Below, in pieces: positions 24,568 to 38,211 of a stretch of 64,000 nt of DNA. Numbering within the stretch: the first letter of the stretch is position 1; each line of letters begins with the position of its first letter. The DNA comes from Eledone cirrhosa (taxonomy: Eukaryota): the NCBI GenBank assembly GCA_964016885.1, contig OZ024744.1, forward strand, positions 39,184,001 through 39,248,000. The letters run 5' to 3'. Under the pieces are notes generated by a model that made no database searches, was not told the DNA's origin, and saw nothing but the letters and a program-made list of their open reading frames with translations. The position numbers and the translations under genes were made by a program.

Positions 24568-27358
24568 ATCATCATCATCATCATCATCATCACCGTTTTA
24601 CGTCCGTTCTTCCACGCTAGCATGGGTTAGACGGGTTGTCCTGTTGTGGGCAGTGTCTGGTCGGCTGACCATGCCTTGCTCATACAGGAACTGATCTGGC
24701 TCGATTTCTACAGCTGGATGCCCTTCCTAACACCAACCTCATTTACAGTGAGTGCTGGGTGCTTTTTCGTGGCGCCTACACGTCCACTTTACAGTGTGGG
24801 CTGGGTGCTTTTTTGCCGTGGCACCTCCACGACCACCTTGCGGTGGGGGGGGGGGCATATTGTTTATATGCTTCAGCATGTACCCATGGGAGGTCGGGTA
24901 CCCTGTATTACTGCGTGACGCCAGAAGTCACGGTCGTGTGTCATTGACTTTGAGAGGTGTAGTTGGGTAAGGTCGGCTTTTATCACCTCATCCCAAGTCA
25001 TCTTGGGTCTCCCCACTCCGCGGTTTCCATCAACTTCTAGTGCTCTGCACCTTTTTATGCAGCTGTCATCCTTCATACGCATCACATGTCCATACCAGCG
25101 TAACCGCCTCTCCTGCACGCAGCATTTGATTCCTCTTATGCTCAGTCTCTCTCTCAATTCATTTATGCTTTGTCGTTCACGTATATTACTGTTACACATC
25201 CATCGGAGCATGCAGGCTTCGTTTCTCTCTAATCTACGTAAGTCTTCCACCTTCAGCGCCCAGGTCTCACTACCATGCAACATCGCTGTTCGGATACACG
25301 CATCATACAGTCTGCCTTTCATTCTGAGGGAGAAGCCTTTTGCAGCTAGCAGTGGTAGTAGTTCCCTAAACTTCTTCCATCCCGTTCTTACCCTAGTTAT
25401 TGTACTTTCTGAGCACCCACCTCCGTTGCTAATTCGGTCACCTAGGTAGCAGAAGCTGTCTACTGTTTCTACAGGGCCCTCCCAGAGATTGGTGGTACTT
25501 GTTTCCTGTGGCTGTTTGCTTGCTGTTTCAGCACAGCTGCTGCATGTGAATCCTACATTCTTAATTAAGCTTCCTGAGATCCCGCTACATCTCTTGTGTA
25601 CCCATTGTTTGCATTTGGGGCAAAGAATGGAGTTCCTACCTACACCTTTCCTACATACTGAGCAAGGCCATTTCCCTGAGGGGATCTGGGTTCTGTTTTC
25701 TCGTCTACTTATAAGGACCTTAGTCTTTGTCATGTTGACTTTGAGGCCCTTTCTCTCTAGTCCCTGCTTCCAGGTTTGGAATTTATTCTCTAGTTCTACC
25801 ATAGATTCAGCTATGAGTGCGAGGTCATCAGCATACAGGAGTTCCCATGGGCATCCGGTCTTAAACTCCTCCGTTATTGCCTGCAGGACTATGATGAACA
25901 GGAGAGGGCTAAGAACAGAGCCCTGGTGGACCCCAACCTGTACGCTAAATTCCTCGCTATACTCATTGCCAATCCTAACTTTGCTGACTGCTCCCCTATA
26001 CATGGCTTGTACCGCTTTCACAAGCCATTCATCTACTCCTAGTTTTCTAAGAGCCCACCAGATTACTGCACGTGGAACTCTGTCAAAGGCTTTCTCAAGG
26101 TCGACAAATGCCAAGTAGAGTGGCTTACTTTTAGCTAGGTACTTTTCCTGTAATTGCCTCACAAGGAAGAGCGCATCAGTGGTGCCTTTCCCTGGTACAA
26201 ACCCAAATTGCATCTCGTCTATATTCACCCGGTCCCTAATCAGCTGTGCTATAACTCTTTCTGTTACTTTCATGACCTGGTCCATCAACTTTATACCTCT
26301 ATAGTTTCCTCTATCTAGTGCATCGCCTTTACCTTTGTAGCAGTTGACAATGATGCTACTGCACCAATCTTTTGGTATGGCCCCCTCTAGTATTACCTGG
26401 TTAACGATACGTGTGGTTATAGTGTGACCTACAGACCCAGATGCCTTCAGCATCTCGGCAGCTATACCCGATGGACTGGTTGCCTTCCCTATCTTCATAT
26501 CTCTGATTGCCTTACTTACTACGCTGCCGCTGACTTGTACTGCTGGTCCCTCTATAGGGTCTACGTGGGGTAGGGTCTCTCTTCCCATGCATTCTCCTCA
26601 TTTAGTAATCTATCATAATGACTCTTCCATGCATCTTTCTTCTCAGCACTTGTGAGGGCAAGCTCACCTTTATCATTCCGGATACACTTCTCTCCAATGA
26701 CATCACAACTATCTCTGACACACTGCCTCGCAATCTTGAATACCTCCTGTTTCTGGTCCTCACGTTGTAAAACATGCTTGAATTTTCTATCCTCTGCTTC
26801 CCTCCTAGCTAAGTATACTTGTCGCCTAGCTTCCCTCTTGGTCTCTATGTAATGTACCCTGCTCCCCCCGTTCTTCCATTCTTTCCATGCCTGTCTCTTG
26901 GCCTTGACTGCTTCATCTACCTTATTGTTCCACCACCAAGTCACTCTCCTCCTGCTTGAGGTCTTACTCCAGCCACAAACCTCATCCGTCGCCTCTAGTA
27001 AGTTATTTTTTAGGAACTCCCAGTTCTCTTCTACGTTAAATGTCTCTATCTGTTCTTCTTTACTGTCGTAGGCGTTGAGTAAAATATCTTTAAATCTGTT
27101 ACTGGTTGAGGGGACTTTCAGCTTCCAGATCTTTCTTCTCCAGGTTGGCCTCTGTTTCAGGGCTCGTCTAGTTCTGACCGTGAGGTCGCTGACAACTAAG
27201 CTATGTTGGGATGTACATTCCTCACTAGGGAAGGCTTTTGTGTTTACGACCGTCCATCTGTCACGTCCTCTGATGAGGATAAAATCTAACTGACTAGAGT
27301 GCTCCCCTGATCTATAGGTGATCAGGTGGTTGTCGGGTTTTTTAAAGTTTGTGTTACA
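24568..27358 (-). mobile_element. RTE-clade LINE, family 2: end of APE domain + RT + C-terminus, one frameshift near 26580
   Basis: ORF 26561-27358 (LDFIL, SQH) and ORF 24873-26588 (571 aa, YADD, PHD-like finger). (ATG)n tail. Confidence 0.95.
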
Positions 27359-27421
27359 TATGTATATATGTATATATATGTATATATATATGTATATATA
27401 TATGTATATGTATATATGTAT

Positions 27422-27471
<50 letters not shown>

Positions 27472-27506
27472 GTATATATATGTATATATATGTATATATA
27501 TGTATA

Positions 27507-27580
<74 letters not shown>

Positions 27581-27583
<3 letters not shown>

Positions 27584-28606
27584 TAGCATTAAAGCCCGGC
27601 ATTGCTCGGGGTCAGTAAGTTACCAAAGTTAGGTTGCACCACCCATTTTATGGCAGCATTTTTTGTCTGCCAGGCACTGGGTGAATGAATTGCAGACCTG
27701 GACTGCCGAAGCAGGAGCTGCGCCAGCAGTGACAATTGTAGTTTCGCCTCTGGATATTATCTCTGTGCAAAGAAGTGTTGAAATTTATTGTTTCACAGTC
27801 CTTACGCAACACGCGCGTAGACGATGCCAGCCGAACAACAGAGCTGCGATGGAGTTGTTCTGCATGGTTGTCTGTGTTTTCTAAATTTAAGACAGTAGGG
27901 AGGGGTGTGATATGGGGAGAGTTAGCTATTGTTTCTAGCAGGTTTAGTGACCTCATAGAGGATATGTTTTCTAAATTTAAGACAGTAGGGAGTGGTGTGA
28001 TATGGGGGGAGAGTTAGCTGCTGTTTCTAGCAGGTTTAGTGACCGCATAGAGGATATGTTTTCTAAATTTAAGACAGTAGGGAGTAGTGTGATAATGGGG
28101 AGAGTTAGCTGCTGTTTCTAGCAGATTTAGTGACCTCATAGAGGATATGTTTTCTAAATTTAAGACAGTAGGGAGTGGTGTGATAATGGGGAGAGTTAAG
28201 TTCTCTTTGTCATTGAAGTAAATAAATGTTTGACCGTTCCACACTCAAAAACAAACGTTCTCTCTCTCTCTCCCTCTCCCTCTCTTCTCTCTCTCTCTCT
28301 TTGGTGTTCCTAAAGGAAGTTTGTAAGCATGTATGTAGTTTTATCGAATTTGAAGGGGAGTAGAGAGAGGTAAGCAGATTCTATTAGAGGGGTAAAGCGT
28401 CATGTATTTAGTTCTAGCGATTATTTCCATAATTGTGGGTGAGTTTGAATGGAATAAATAGTCGTTGACCTCAGTTAGATCATTTACAACATTCTCACAG
28501 ACTTTGAGTCGAATTGGTTTGAAATTGTGCAAATGTATAAACATGGAACATGCACACACACACACACACACACAACAACAACAATATGCCTTTTATAGAT
28601 AATGAT
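27581..28606 (+). mobile_element. Probable Helentron-associated non-autonomous element (DINE-1/HINE-like)
   Basis: Starts TACTAG with a subterminal GC hairpin CCCGGCATTGCTCGGG. Has an internal tandem array and ends (CA)n...TTTTATAGATAATGAT. Confidence 0.6.
27875..28199. repeat. ~91-bp minisatellite, ~3.6 copies
   Basis: TGTTTTCTAAATTTAAGACAGTAGGG recurs at 27875, 27965, 28057 and 28148. Confidence 0.93.
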
Positions 28607-29085
28607 ATATGATATATATATATATGTATATATATGTATATGTATATATATATAAGTATATATATATGTATATGTATATATATATGTATATGTATATATG
28701 TGTGTTTATATATATATGTATATGTATATATGTGTGTTTATAGATAATGATATATGATATATATATATATGTATATATATGTATATGTATATATATATAA
28801 GTATATATGTATATGTATATATGTATGTATATATATATAAGTATATATGTATATGTATATATGTATATATATATATATGTATATATGTGTGTTTATAGTT
28901 AATGATATATGATATATATATATGTATATATGTATATATATATATATGTATATGTATATATTATGTATATATATATATGTATATGTATATATCTATGTAT
29001 ATATGTATATATATATGCATATATATATATGTATATGTATATATGTGTGTATATATATGTGTGCATATATATATATGTATATATA

Positions 29086-30146
29086 TGTAGGAAAATAGGG
29101 CACCGGTCCCATCTGGGAAATGGCCATGCTCAGTGTGTAGGAAAGGAGTAGGCAGAAACTCCATTTTATGTCCAAAATGCAAAGTATGGGTGCATAAAAG
29201 ATGTAATGGGATCACAGGTAAGCTAACTAAGAATATAGAATTTTAATGTGGCTGGTGTTCAGCTGCAATAAGTAGCAGCCAGTTGCCACTGAATACTATT
29301 GGCCGCTAAAGGTTTCTCTCTAAAAATGAAAGGCACGCTGTATGATGCCTACATACGAACAGCAATGTTACATGGCAGTGAGACATGGGCATTGTGTGCA
29401 GAGGATATACGCAGACTGGAGAGGAACGAAGCTCGCATGCTCCGTTGGATGTGTAATAGTAATATACATGAACGGCAAAGCATAAATGAACTAAGGGAGA
29501 AATTAGGAATAAGAGGGATCAGATGTTGTTTACTCGAGAGAAGACTACGTTGGTATAGTCACGTGATGCGCATGAAAGACGACAGCTGTATAAAATAGTG
29601 CAGGGCGATAAAAATAGACTGTAGCCACGGAGTAGGCAGACTCAGAAAAAGCTGGGACGACTTGATAAATTCCGACCTCACACACTTACACCTCTCCAAG
29701 ACAATGTCACTGGACCGAGATCTTTGGCGTTACACAGTAATACAGAAGACCCGCCTTGCCTAAGTACAAAGCAAAACCTACAGTCAGTAGGCACCTCTTA
29801 ACAAAAATACACCCCTGTCCCACTACCCTCACCCCATCCACACCACCCCTTTCGATGTAAAGTTATGTTGGTACCACAACATCCAGTCCAAAATAAATGA
29901 GGTCGTGTAGGTGTCACGACAAAAAAAACACACAGTCCACGCTTTAATGTGGCCGTGTAGGTAACACGGTAAAAACCTCCCAGTCCACACTGTAAATGTG
30001 GTTGGTGTTAGGAAGGGCATCCAGCCGTAGAAAACCCGCCAGACAGTCCTGAGCAGGACAGCCAATCTTGCCTCAAGTGGGAAAATTCCCATCCAAACCC
30101 ATGCAAGCGTGGAAGATGGACGTTAAACAATGATGATGATGATGAT
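29086..30146 (+). mobile_element. RTE-clade LINE, family 1, degenerate 3' fragment
   Basis: ORF 29299-29598, zinc-finger remnant, internal deletion near 29285, (ATG)n tail. Confidence 0.9.
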
Positions 30147-30170
30147 ATATATGTATGTATGTATGTATAT

Positions 30171-31636
30171 ATCATCATCATCACCGTTTTACGTCCATTC
30201 TTCTATGCTAGCATGAGTTAGACGCAACCGCCTCTCCTGCACACAGCATTTGATTCCTCTTATGCTCAGTCTCTCTCAATTCGTTTATGCTTTGCCATTC
30301 GCATATATTACTATTACACATCCATCAGAGCATGCAGGCTTTGTTTCTTTCTAATCTACGCAAGTCTTCCACAGACAGTGCCTAGGTCCCTCTACCATGT
30401 AATATTGCTGTTCGTATACACGCATCATACAGTCTGCCTTTCATTTTAGAGGGAAAAGCCCTTTGCAGCTAGCAGTGGCAGTAGCTCCCTGAACTTCTTC
30501 CATCCTGTTCTTACCCTAGTTATTGTACTTTCCGAACACTACACCTTTTTTTTTTTTACAGTTATCATCCTCCATTCATATCACATCCATAACATTTTAA
30601 TCTCCTCTTCTGCATGCTGCATCTGACACTTCCCCATTCATGCACCCTAATATTACATGTCCATTGAATCAAGCAAGCTTCTTTTACCTGGCACATATCT
30701 GAGCTGCATCTTATCTAGGTTAATTCAGTTCCTAATTAGCTGTCTGATAACTCTTTCTGTAGCTTTTCTGACCTGCTCCATCAACTTGATGCCTCTATAG
30801 TTTCCTCTGTCTAGTGCACATTCTTTGCTCTTGTAGCAGTTGATGATGCTGCTGCTACACCAGACATTGGGTATGACACGATCCTGTATTACTTAGTTTA
30901 TGATATAGGTGGTTATGATGTGACCCACAATTCCAGATGTTTTCAGCATCTCAGCTGCTTAGCCTGTCTTCATATCCTTATTACACTACTGCTGACTTGT
31001 TCAGCTGGTCACTTTGTTGGTTCCGCTTGGAGCAGACAATCTTACTCGCATGCATTCTCCTCATTCAGCAGTCTTTCATAATGGCACTTCCATGCTACTT
31101 TCTTTTCAGCGTTCGTGTAGGCAAGTGCATCACTATCATCTCAGACATACTTCTTCTCAATAACATGATTTTCCCTGACACACAGCTTTGAATTCCTGAA
31201 TATTTCATATTTTTGGTCTTCACATCACCAATTTATATATTTTCTTCTTCCATCCTTGCAAAGTATACTTGTTACCTAGCTTCTTGGTAATGTTCTCTGT
31301 TTGTCCCATTCTGCCATTCTTTCCATGCCTGTCCCTTAGCCTTAATTGTCTCATCTACATTACTATTCCACCACCAAGTTACTCTCTCCCTGGAGTCTTG
31401 CTCCAGTCACAGATCTTGTTTGGGGTCTTCAGCAGATTATCTCTCAAGAATTCCCACTGCTCCTCTGTATTGTATGTCTCTGTATTTCTTCTTCCTTACT
31501 GTCAAAAGTATCATGCAACATACCTCTCAATTTGTTACTGGCTGAGGGCTCCTTCAATTTCCATATCCTTCTCTAGGTTGGTCTCTGTCTCCAACTTTAC
31601 CTAGCCCTAACTATAAAGTCGCTAACTACTAGGTTA
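30171..31636 (-). mobile_element. Old degenerate RTE fragments
   Basis: Patchy similarity to family 2 (e.g. GCCTCTATAGTTTCCTCTGTCTAGTGCA, TATTCCACCACCAAGT). Confidence 0.75.
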
Positions 31637-31772
31637 TGTTGGGAGGTGCATTCCACATCAAGGAAGGAGGGACTTTGTTTACACACACATACATATGGTG
31701 TGTTCTTTTCTTTCCTATTTTTTTCTTTTGTTTGCATTTTTTTTTCATTGTACTTTTCATTATTTCTTCCCC

Positions 31773-31962
31773 ATGGCGGTGGATTGGCAGTATCGGTAGA
31801 GGGTCGGATGCCATGCTTTCCAGCATAGTTACGTCCCTTTACGATCTGAGTTCAAATCCCGCCGAGGTTGACTTTGCTTTTCATCCTTACGGGGTCGATA
31901 AAATAAAGTACCAGTAATGCACTGGGTAATTGCTGGCCTTGTGTCTAAAGTAGAAACAATTT
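31773..31962 (+). mobile_element. tRNA-derived SINE
   Basis: A-box-like TGGCAGTATCGG, B-box GAGTTCAAATCC, body GCCGAGGTTGACTTTGCTTTTCATCC..GGGGTCGATAAAATAAAGTACC. Relatives at ~57752-57950 (+) and ~59840-60025 (-). Confidence 0.75.
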
Positions 31963-32225
31963 CTTCCCCACTCCATCCATTATTACTTCAGAGATATTTC
32001 AGCTAAGATGACACGAAAATGTCAGTTACAAAAATAAACAAGAGATGTTAATAGTGCAAGTAATTATTTATTCTTTAGTAATCCCTTATACAGAAATATA
32101 GAAATAGGATAGTTGTGAGATTTCTATTCTTTCATTTATTTGTTCACTGGTTTCGGTCATTGTATTGTGACCATGCTGGGGCACTGTCTTCAACAGTTTT
32201 TATTTGATCACATTGACAACAGTAC

Positions 32226-32449
32226 TTAAGCATTTAAACTGGCTGTATTTGGCCAGAATTCTCTCACCTCTTTCTGCTCAAACTGGTTGTAACTGGCTGC
32301 TCATACTTATGTTATGGTATTGTTCTCAAAATAAATAATATCAAAATCTCATTGTAGATTTGATATTATGTGAGATATTATGTAAGATAAAGCCTTTGCT
32401 GTGAACATACAATAGTATATATAGAGTAATGTAAATGCTAAAGGGTTAA
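32226..32449. mobile_element. piggyBac-type MITE, left TIR damaged
   Basis: Same internal sequence as 58749-58961. Right end TAAATGCTAAAGGGTTAA. Confidence 0.7.
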
Positions 32450-33769
32450 TTAATTCTGGTACCATATTTGATCACATATAAAACCTTCTTCTAGGGAATG
32501 GGGTGAGGGTGGTTAATCAAAAATCCTAAAAGATATCAACTGCATCTTATATATGAAAAGTTAAGATATTGTACATTCCCAATACTTGTAGCTGGTTTAA
32601 TATATCTATGTAAAGTATGATATTTTCACTGTAAATGACAGCTCTTCTTATCTGATCTTTTGATTTATCAGCATTTTCATCCCTACTGATGTCTTTTTTT
32701 TTTTTTTACTGTTATAACTAAGCTGCTTTTCCCTTCTCTCTCTCTTGTAAATTACAAGATATCATTAAAAAGGTTTTTATTTGCCGTGTGCTTTCCTTTA
32801 TTTTTTTTCTTCCTGCTAAAATGTTGTTAATATTTTAATGATTTTTAGATGTAAATTCTGTGAATGCAGCATGGTTGAATGGTAAAGAAAGTCATATCAT
32901 GGTTATTAAATCCCAGCTTTGATCTCTTTGTGTGACATTTGCCATAGCTATGGATCCAATCATATCTTGTGAGTGAAATTGGGTGGAGTGTTTGTAAGGC
33001 TCTTGGATGAACTATACCTGTAATTCAAAGGGTCAGCCATGTGACACACACACTTTGTCATGCTGAATCGCCCTGAGAATTTCATTAAGAGTACAGAGAT
33101 CTGTAGAATGCTCAGCCATTTGCATGTTAATTTCACAAGCAGGCTGTCCTTTTGATTAAACAACTGGGACATTCATTGTCGAAACTGTTCTTTACCCAGA
33201 ATTTCACGCAAATACAAAAATTTCCATAATATTTCCAGTTGGAATTGGGCTAGGGTGGAGTATTATATGCATGTGTGTCTTATATAATTAAGACCACCAT
33301 TTGCCTTAACTAGAATGTAAACAAATCTAAACTGAACCCATAGTATCCACAAACTTAAGAAAAGGCAAACCTTAATCCTACAATCACCCCCACCCCCATG
33401 TACATACCACATAAATCATAAATTAAATTCAAACATGTCTTTCAGAGCCATACCACAGCCTTTACAGTAAAAACACCAACCAAGCTACTCTAATTACTGG
33501 TTTAGGACTGATGGATGCCATTGGTTTGCAGTTGTCATCAAATATTCTTTAAATACATCGAGTACTCCTATAATCTCCTTGGTCTCAACACTGCAGACTC
33601 TCTCTAAATCTCAGTCTTGTTGACAAAGGACTGTTGTGCTGGACAAGGCATGTCCAACCCATGCAAGCATAGGAAATTGGATGTAAAACGGTGATGATGA
33701 TGAGAGTTGTGTAAGTTGCTACTCAGTGGGATCAAGTCTCAAACCACATATTTATATATTTAATCATAT

Positions 33770-35323
33770 ATCATCATCATCATCATCATCGTTTAACGTC
33801 CATATTCCACGCTTGCATGGGTTTGGACGGGAGTTTTCCCACTTGAGGCAAGGTTGGTTGTCTTGCTCACATAGGACTGTCTGGCGGGTTTTCTATGGCT
33901 GGATGCCCTTCCTAACACCAACCACATTTACAGTGTGGAACTGGGAGGTTTTTACCGTGTTGCCTACACGGCCACATTACAGCGTGGACTGTGTGTTTTT
34001 TTGTCGTGGCACCTACACGACCTCATTTGTTTCGGGCTGGATGTTGTGGTACCAACATAACTTTACATTGAAGGGGGTGGTGTGGATGGGGTGGGGGTAG
34101 TGGGACGGGGGTGTATTTTGTTAGAGGTGCCTACTGACTGTAGTAGGTTTTACTTTGTATTTAGGTAAGGCGGGTCTTCTGTATTACTGTGTAGCGCCAA
34201 AGATGTTGGTCCAGTGACATTGTCTTGGAGAGGTGTAAGTGTGTGAGGTCGGAATTTATCAAGTCGTCCCAGGTTTTTCTGGGTCTGCCTACTCCATGGC
34301 TACCGTCTATTTTTATTGCCCTGCACTTTTTTATACAGCTGTCGTCTTTCATGCGCATCACGTGACCATACCAACGTAGTCTTCTCTCGTGTAAACAACA
34401 TCTGATCCCTCTTATTTCTAATTTTTCCCTTAGTTCGTTTATGCTTTGCCGTTCACGTATATTACTATTACACATCCAGCGGAGCATGCAAGCTTCGTTC
34501 CTCTCCAGTCTGCGTATATCCTCTGCACACAATGCCCATGTCTCACTGCCATGTAACATTGCTGTTCGTATGCAGGCATCATACAGCCTGCCTTTCATTT
34601 TTAGGGAGAACCCTTTAGCGGCTAATAGTGGTATAAGCTCTCTGAACTTTTTCCATCCAGTTCTGACTCTAGCTACTGTACTTTCAGAGCACCCTCCCCC
34701 ACTGCTGATTTTGTCACCCAGGTAACGGAAGCTGTCCACTATTTCTATAGAAGCATCTGTGCAATGGAAAAAGCTAGTATTCTGTGGGCACTTGCTGCTA
34801 CTTATTGCACCTGAGCACCGGCCACATATAAAATCTATGTTCTTAGTTAGCTTACCTGTGATCCCACTACATCTTTTATGCACCCATACTTTGCATTTGG
34901 GACATAAAATGGAGTTTCTACCTACTCCTTTCCTACACACTGAGCATGGCCATTTCCCGGATGGGACCGGCGCCCTATTTTCCTTCCTACAAACTAGAAC
35001 TTTAGTCTTAGACAGGTTAATTTTAAGGCCTTTTGATTCTAGGCTATGCTTCCATGTTTGGAATTTCTTCTCTAGTTCGGCCATTGATTCAGCTATGAGC
35101 GTTAGATCATCTGCGTATAGGAGTTCTCATGGGCAGCTGGTCTTGAACTCCACTGTTATAGCCTGAAGGGCAATAATAAATAGTAGGGGGCTAAGAACGG
35201 AGCCCTGATGAACACCAACTTTTACGCTAAACTCTTCACTATATTCGTTGTTAATTCTAACCTTGCTGACTGTTTCTTTATACATGGCTTGTATAGCTCT
35301 CACAAGCCATTCATCAACACCTA
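33770..35323 (-). mobile_element. RTE-clade LINE, family 1, 5'-truncated
   Basis: ORF 34161-35084, 3' UTR and (ATG)n tail. Confidence 0.93.
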
Positions 35324-35949
35324 TATATATATATATATATATTATTTATTTATTTATTTAATATAAAGAATGATGTGCTCATGTATGGAGATGCTATTAA
35401 ATAGCTTATAACAGAGGGTGAAGACCCATAAAAGCCGGAAAAAGAAGTTGCCATCAGCTGCTATGAGGAATTGAACCCTGTATCTCGCAGGTTGTGGTTG
35501 GGCACTTTAGGCGATTAAGCCAAGGGACCATGACAACTCTTACCATCTTAAATTAGATAGCTGAATCACAGCTTTTAGATGTCTATAAACATCGTAGTAA
35601 ACAAATATTGTGTATATTTAGCTGATCTTTTGGACTTTTACAAAGTGCTGAGAAGATAAAGTTAATATAAAGAATGATGTACTCATGTATGGAGATGCTA
35701 TAAAATAGCTTATAAGATAAGACCCTTTAAGGGCAGAAGGGATGAAGACCTTTTAAGGGCAGAAAAAGAAGTTAATATCTGCTGTTTATATTTCTTTTCT
35801 CTCTCAGCTTGACTGTTTCATCATTCATGCACATTAACATCATCCATCCATCGAAGCATGCTTGCTTTTTATTTATTTCCAATCTTCGCATATCGTCTGC
35901 ATTTAATGCCCATGTTTTACTTTGTGTGTGTGTGTGTGTGCATGTACTT
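35323..35949. repeat. Segment duplicated in inverted orientation at 40985-41616
   Basis: By eye, identical reverse complement apart from simple-repeat lengths. Matching ORFs 35772-36041 (-) and 40982-41164 (+). Confidence 0.92.
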
Positions 35950-36396
35950 ACGTGTGCATGTGTGTGTGTATATATATATACGCATATATGCATAAGCATG
36001 TCTCTTCTCTCTTGGTTGTCCATCGTAAACGATGATGACATCTTCTTTATTGTTGTTCCAGTCTGCTGCGGGAACGAAGGTGGCTGTGGATGCTGATCCT
36101 TGACTTGGAGGTCCGAGGACAGTGGGGACAGGGGAAGAGACTGGAGTCAGACTGGCAACTTCCAGAGGTTACCTCCATCTGTTACCTCCACCTCTCGCCC
36201 ATCGCCACAGGGCTTTGGGAGTGCACGCTAAAGAAGAAACCTGTGCGGGAAAGGTTTATAGTGGAAGGGCCAGTGCACAGATAAGCATGTATATATATAT
36301 ATGTTTATGTATATGTATATATGTATATGTATATATATATATGTTTATGTATATATATATATGAAAAATCAGTGATGTATCTGAAATCAATTTATT

Positions 36397-36485
36397 GTGT
36401 TACAATGGTTTCGCCGGAGGACAGCTCGAAACACGATCATTGCATGGATCTTGTCTGACTCTGGACCTGCGGGCTCATCGGACAC
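36397..36485 (-). ncRNA. Hammerhead-like motif with U4C core variant and extended stem II
   Basis: GUGU-CCGAUGA-GCC...(~60 nt)...GGC-GAAAC-CAUU-GUA^ACAC, followed by AAUAAA. Confidence 0.55.
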
Positions 36486-36508
36486 GTCAAATGCTTTCGG
36501 AGCAAATT

Positions 36509-36716
36509 CTTCACTGGAGTGTTGGCGTCAAAACTTTCACTGGGGTGTTGGCGTCAAAACTTTCACTGGGGTGTTGGCGTCAAAACTTTCACTGGGGTGT
36601 TGGCGTCAAAACTTTCACTGGGGTGTTGGCGTCAAAACTTTCACTGGGGTGTTGGCGTCAAAACTTTCACTGGGGTGTTGGCGTCAAAACTTTCACTGGG
36701 GTGTTGGCGTCAAAAA
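36509..36716. repeat. 26-bp minisatellite, ~8 near-perfect copies
   Basis: Unit TTGGCGTCAAAACTTTCACTGGGGTG. The 26-aa periodicity in all three frames equals 3 units. Confidence 0.95.
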
Positions 36717-37225
36717 ATTTCTCTTCGCGTGTCCCGTTATTGGCTGCTGCTTTTCTACGTCATCGTAAATCTGACCACCAATTCGGCTGACCATTCTGCC
36801 ACACTTTGATGAGTTACTACTGGGTTTGGTAGTTCACACGTTCACGTGTGCACTCGCACACACACATATATACACACACACGCACACACATATATACACA
36901 CACACGCACACACATACAATCCCCAAGAAAACATCCATACGCATAGACTCCCGCTATACACACACACTTAAGGAGGACATATAAAAAAACTATAGACATA
37001 CGCATACACAGACGCCTGCCTACATGCCCATATACAGACACAGATACAGACTCGCTCGCAAACACACACACATATATATATATATATACACACACACACA
37101 TATATAAACATATATATATATATATATATACACATATATACACACACATACATACATATACACACACACACATACATTTACACACATATATATCTATATA
37201 TATATATATACACACACATACATAC

Positions 37226-37776
37226 ATCTATCTATCTATCTAAGGCGGGTAAAATTCCCGAGATCCATGGACGAGTTCTCTCCAGCGGTCTCTGTCCCTC
37301 ATTATCGCTGCCATATCCTGCATCTCCAACAGACCAGTGTCTGTCCTTAGGGCATCAACATATGTTAACCTTGGTCTTCCTCTTCTAGTGTGTCCATGTA
37401 GGGGCTCCCAAAGGAGCACCGAGTGCAATGTCAACTCTGGATGTCGGTGAGCATGTCCAGCCAACCTCAGTCTCCTCTGTGTCACTTTTGAGCTGACTTT
37501 TGGGATGCTCCCATACAGCTCTGAGTTTTTCATCCTCAGTGTATACTGATTAATGTTCAGAGCCATCCTCAGCATTCTCGTGTAGCACCCATCCACCATC
37601 TGAGTGAGTCTCTTGGTCAGTGTCCAAGTTTCAGACCCATACAGCAGCACAGACTCCACTACAGCAATGAAGAGGCGGATTTTCAGGTCTCTACGAAGGT
37701 CCGACTTCCACACCGATCTCAAGCTGTGACACGCCGCCCAGGCCTTGCTCTTCCTTTCAACCACATCATCTTCCGA

Positions 37777-37780
<4 letters not shown>
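37226..37780 (-). mobile_element. RTE-type LINE, family 3, 3' fragment with (TAGA)n tail
   Basis: VLLYGSETWTL, RRLRLAGH, RGRPRLTY and DRDRWR motifs in ORF 37240-37878. Confidence 0.88.
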
Positions 37781-37807
<27 letters not shown>

Positions 37808-38211
37808 CATATATATACACACACATAAATATATATATACACATATCTATACACACATACATATATACACACCAACAAGCCCTTTCGCTACATTATGTGC
37901 TTGTACACATACACACACTGGCTCATATACGCTCATACAAATATGCACATATTCACATACAGGCCCACGCACGCCTACAAAGATATATACACATACACAG
38001 ATATACATACATACACATACACACACACACACTTATATATATATATACACAAATAGGATATATACACAAGGCCATATAAGGATACACAATGGGTCATACA
38101 ATTGGTCATGCATGAATGATACATTTTGTTATAAGCATGCACATATACAAACAATATAATCAAACACATATATACCCATATATACACACACATATATCTA
38201 CATATATATAT

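Noticed and set aside
36509-36716. 26-bp repeats as a CRISPR array
   Set aside because: The repeats are contiguous with no spacers, there are no cas genes, and the context is eukaryotic.
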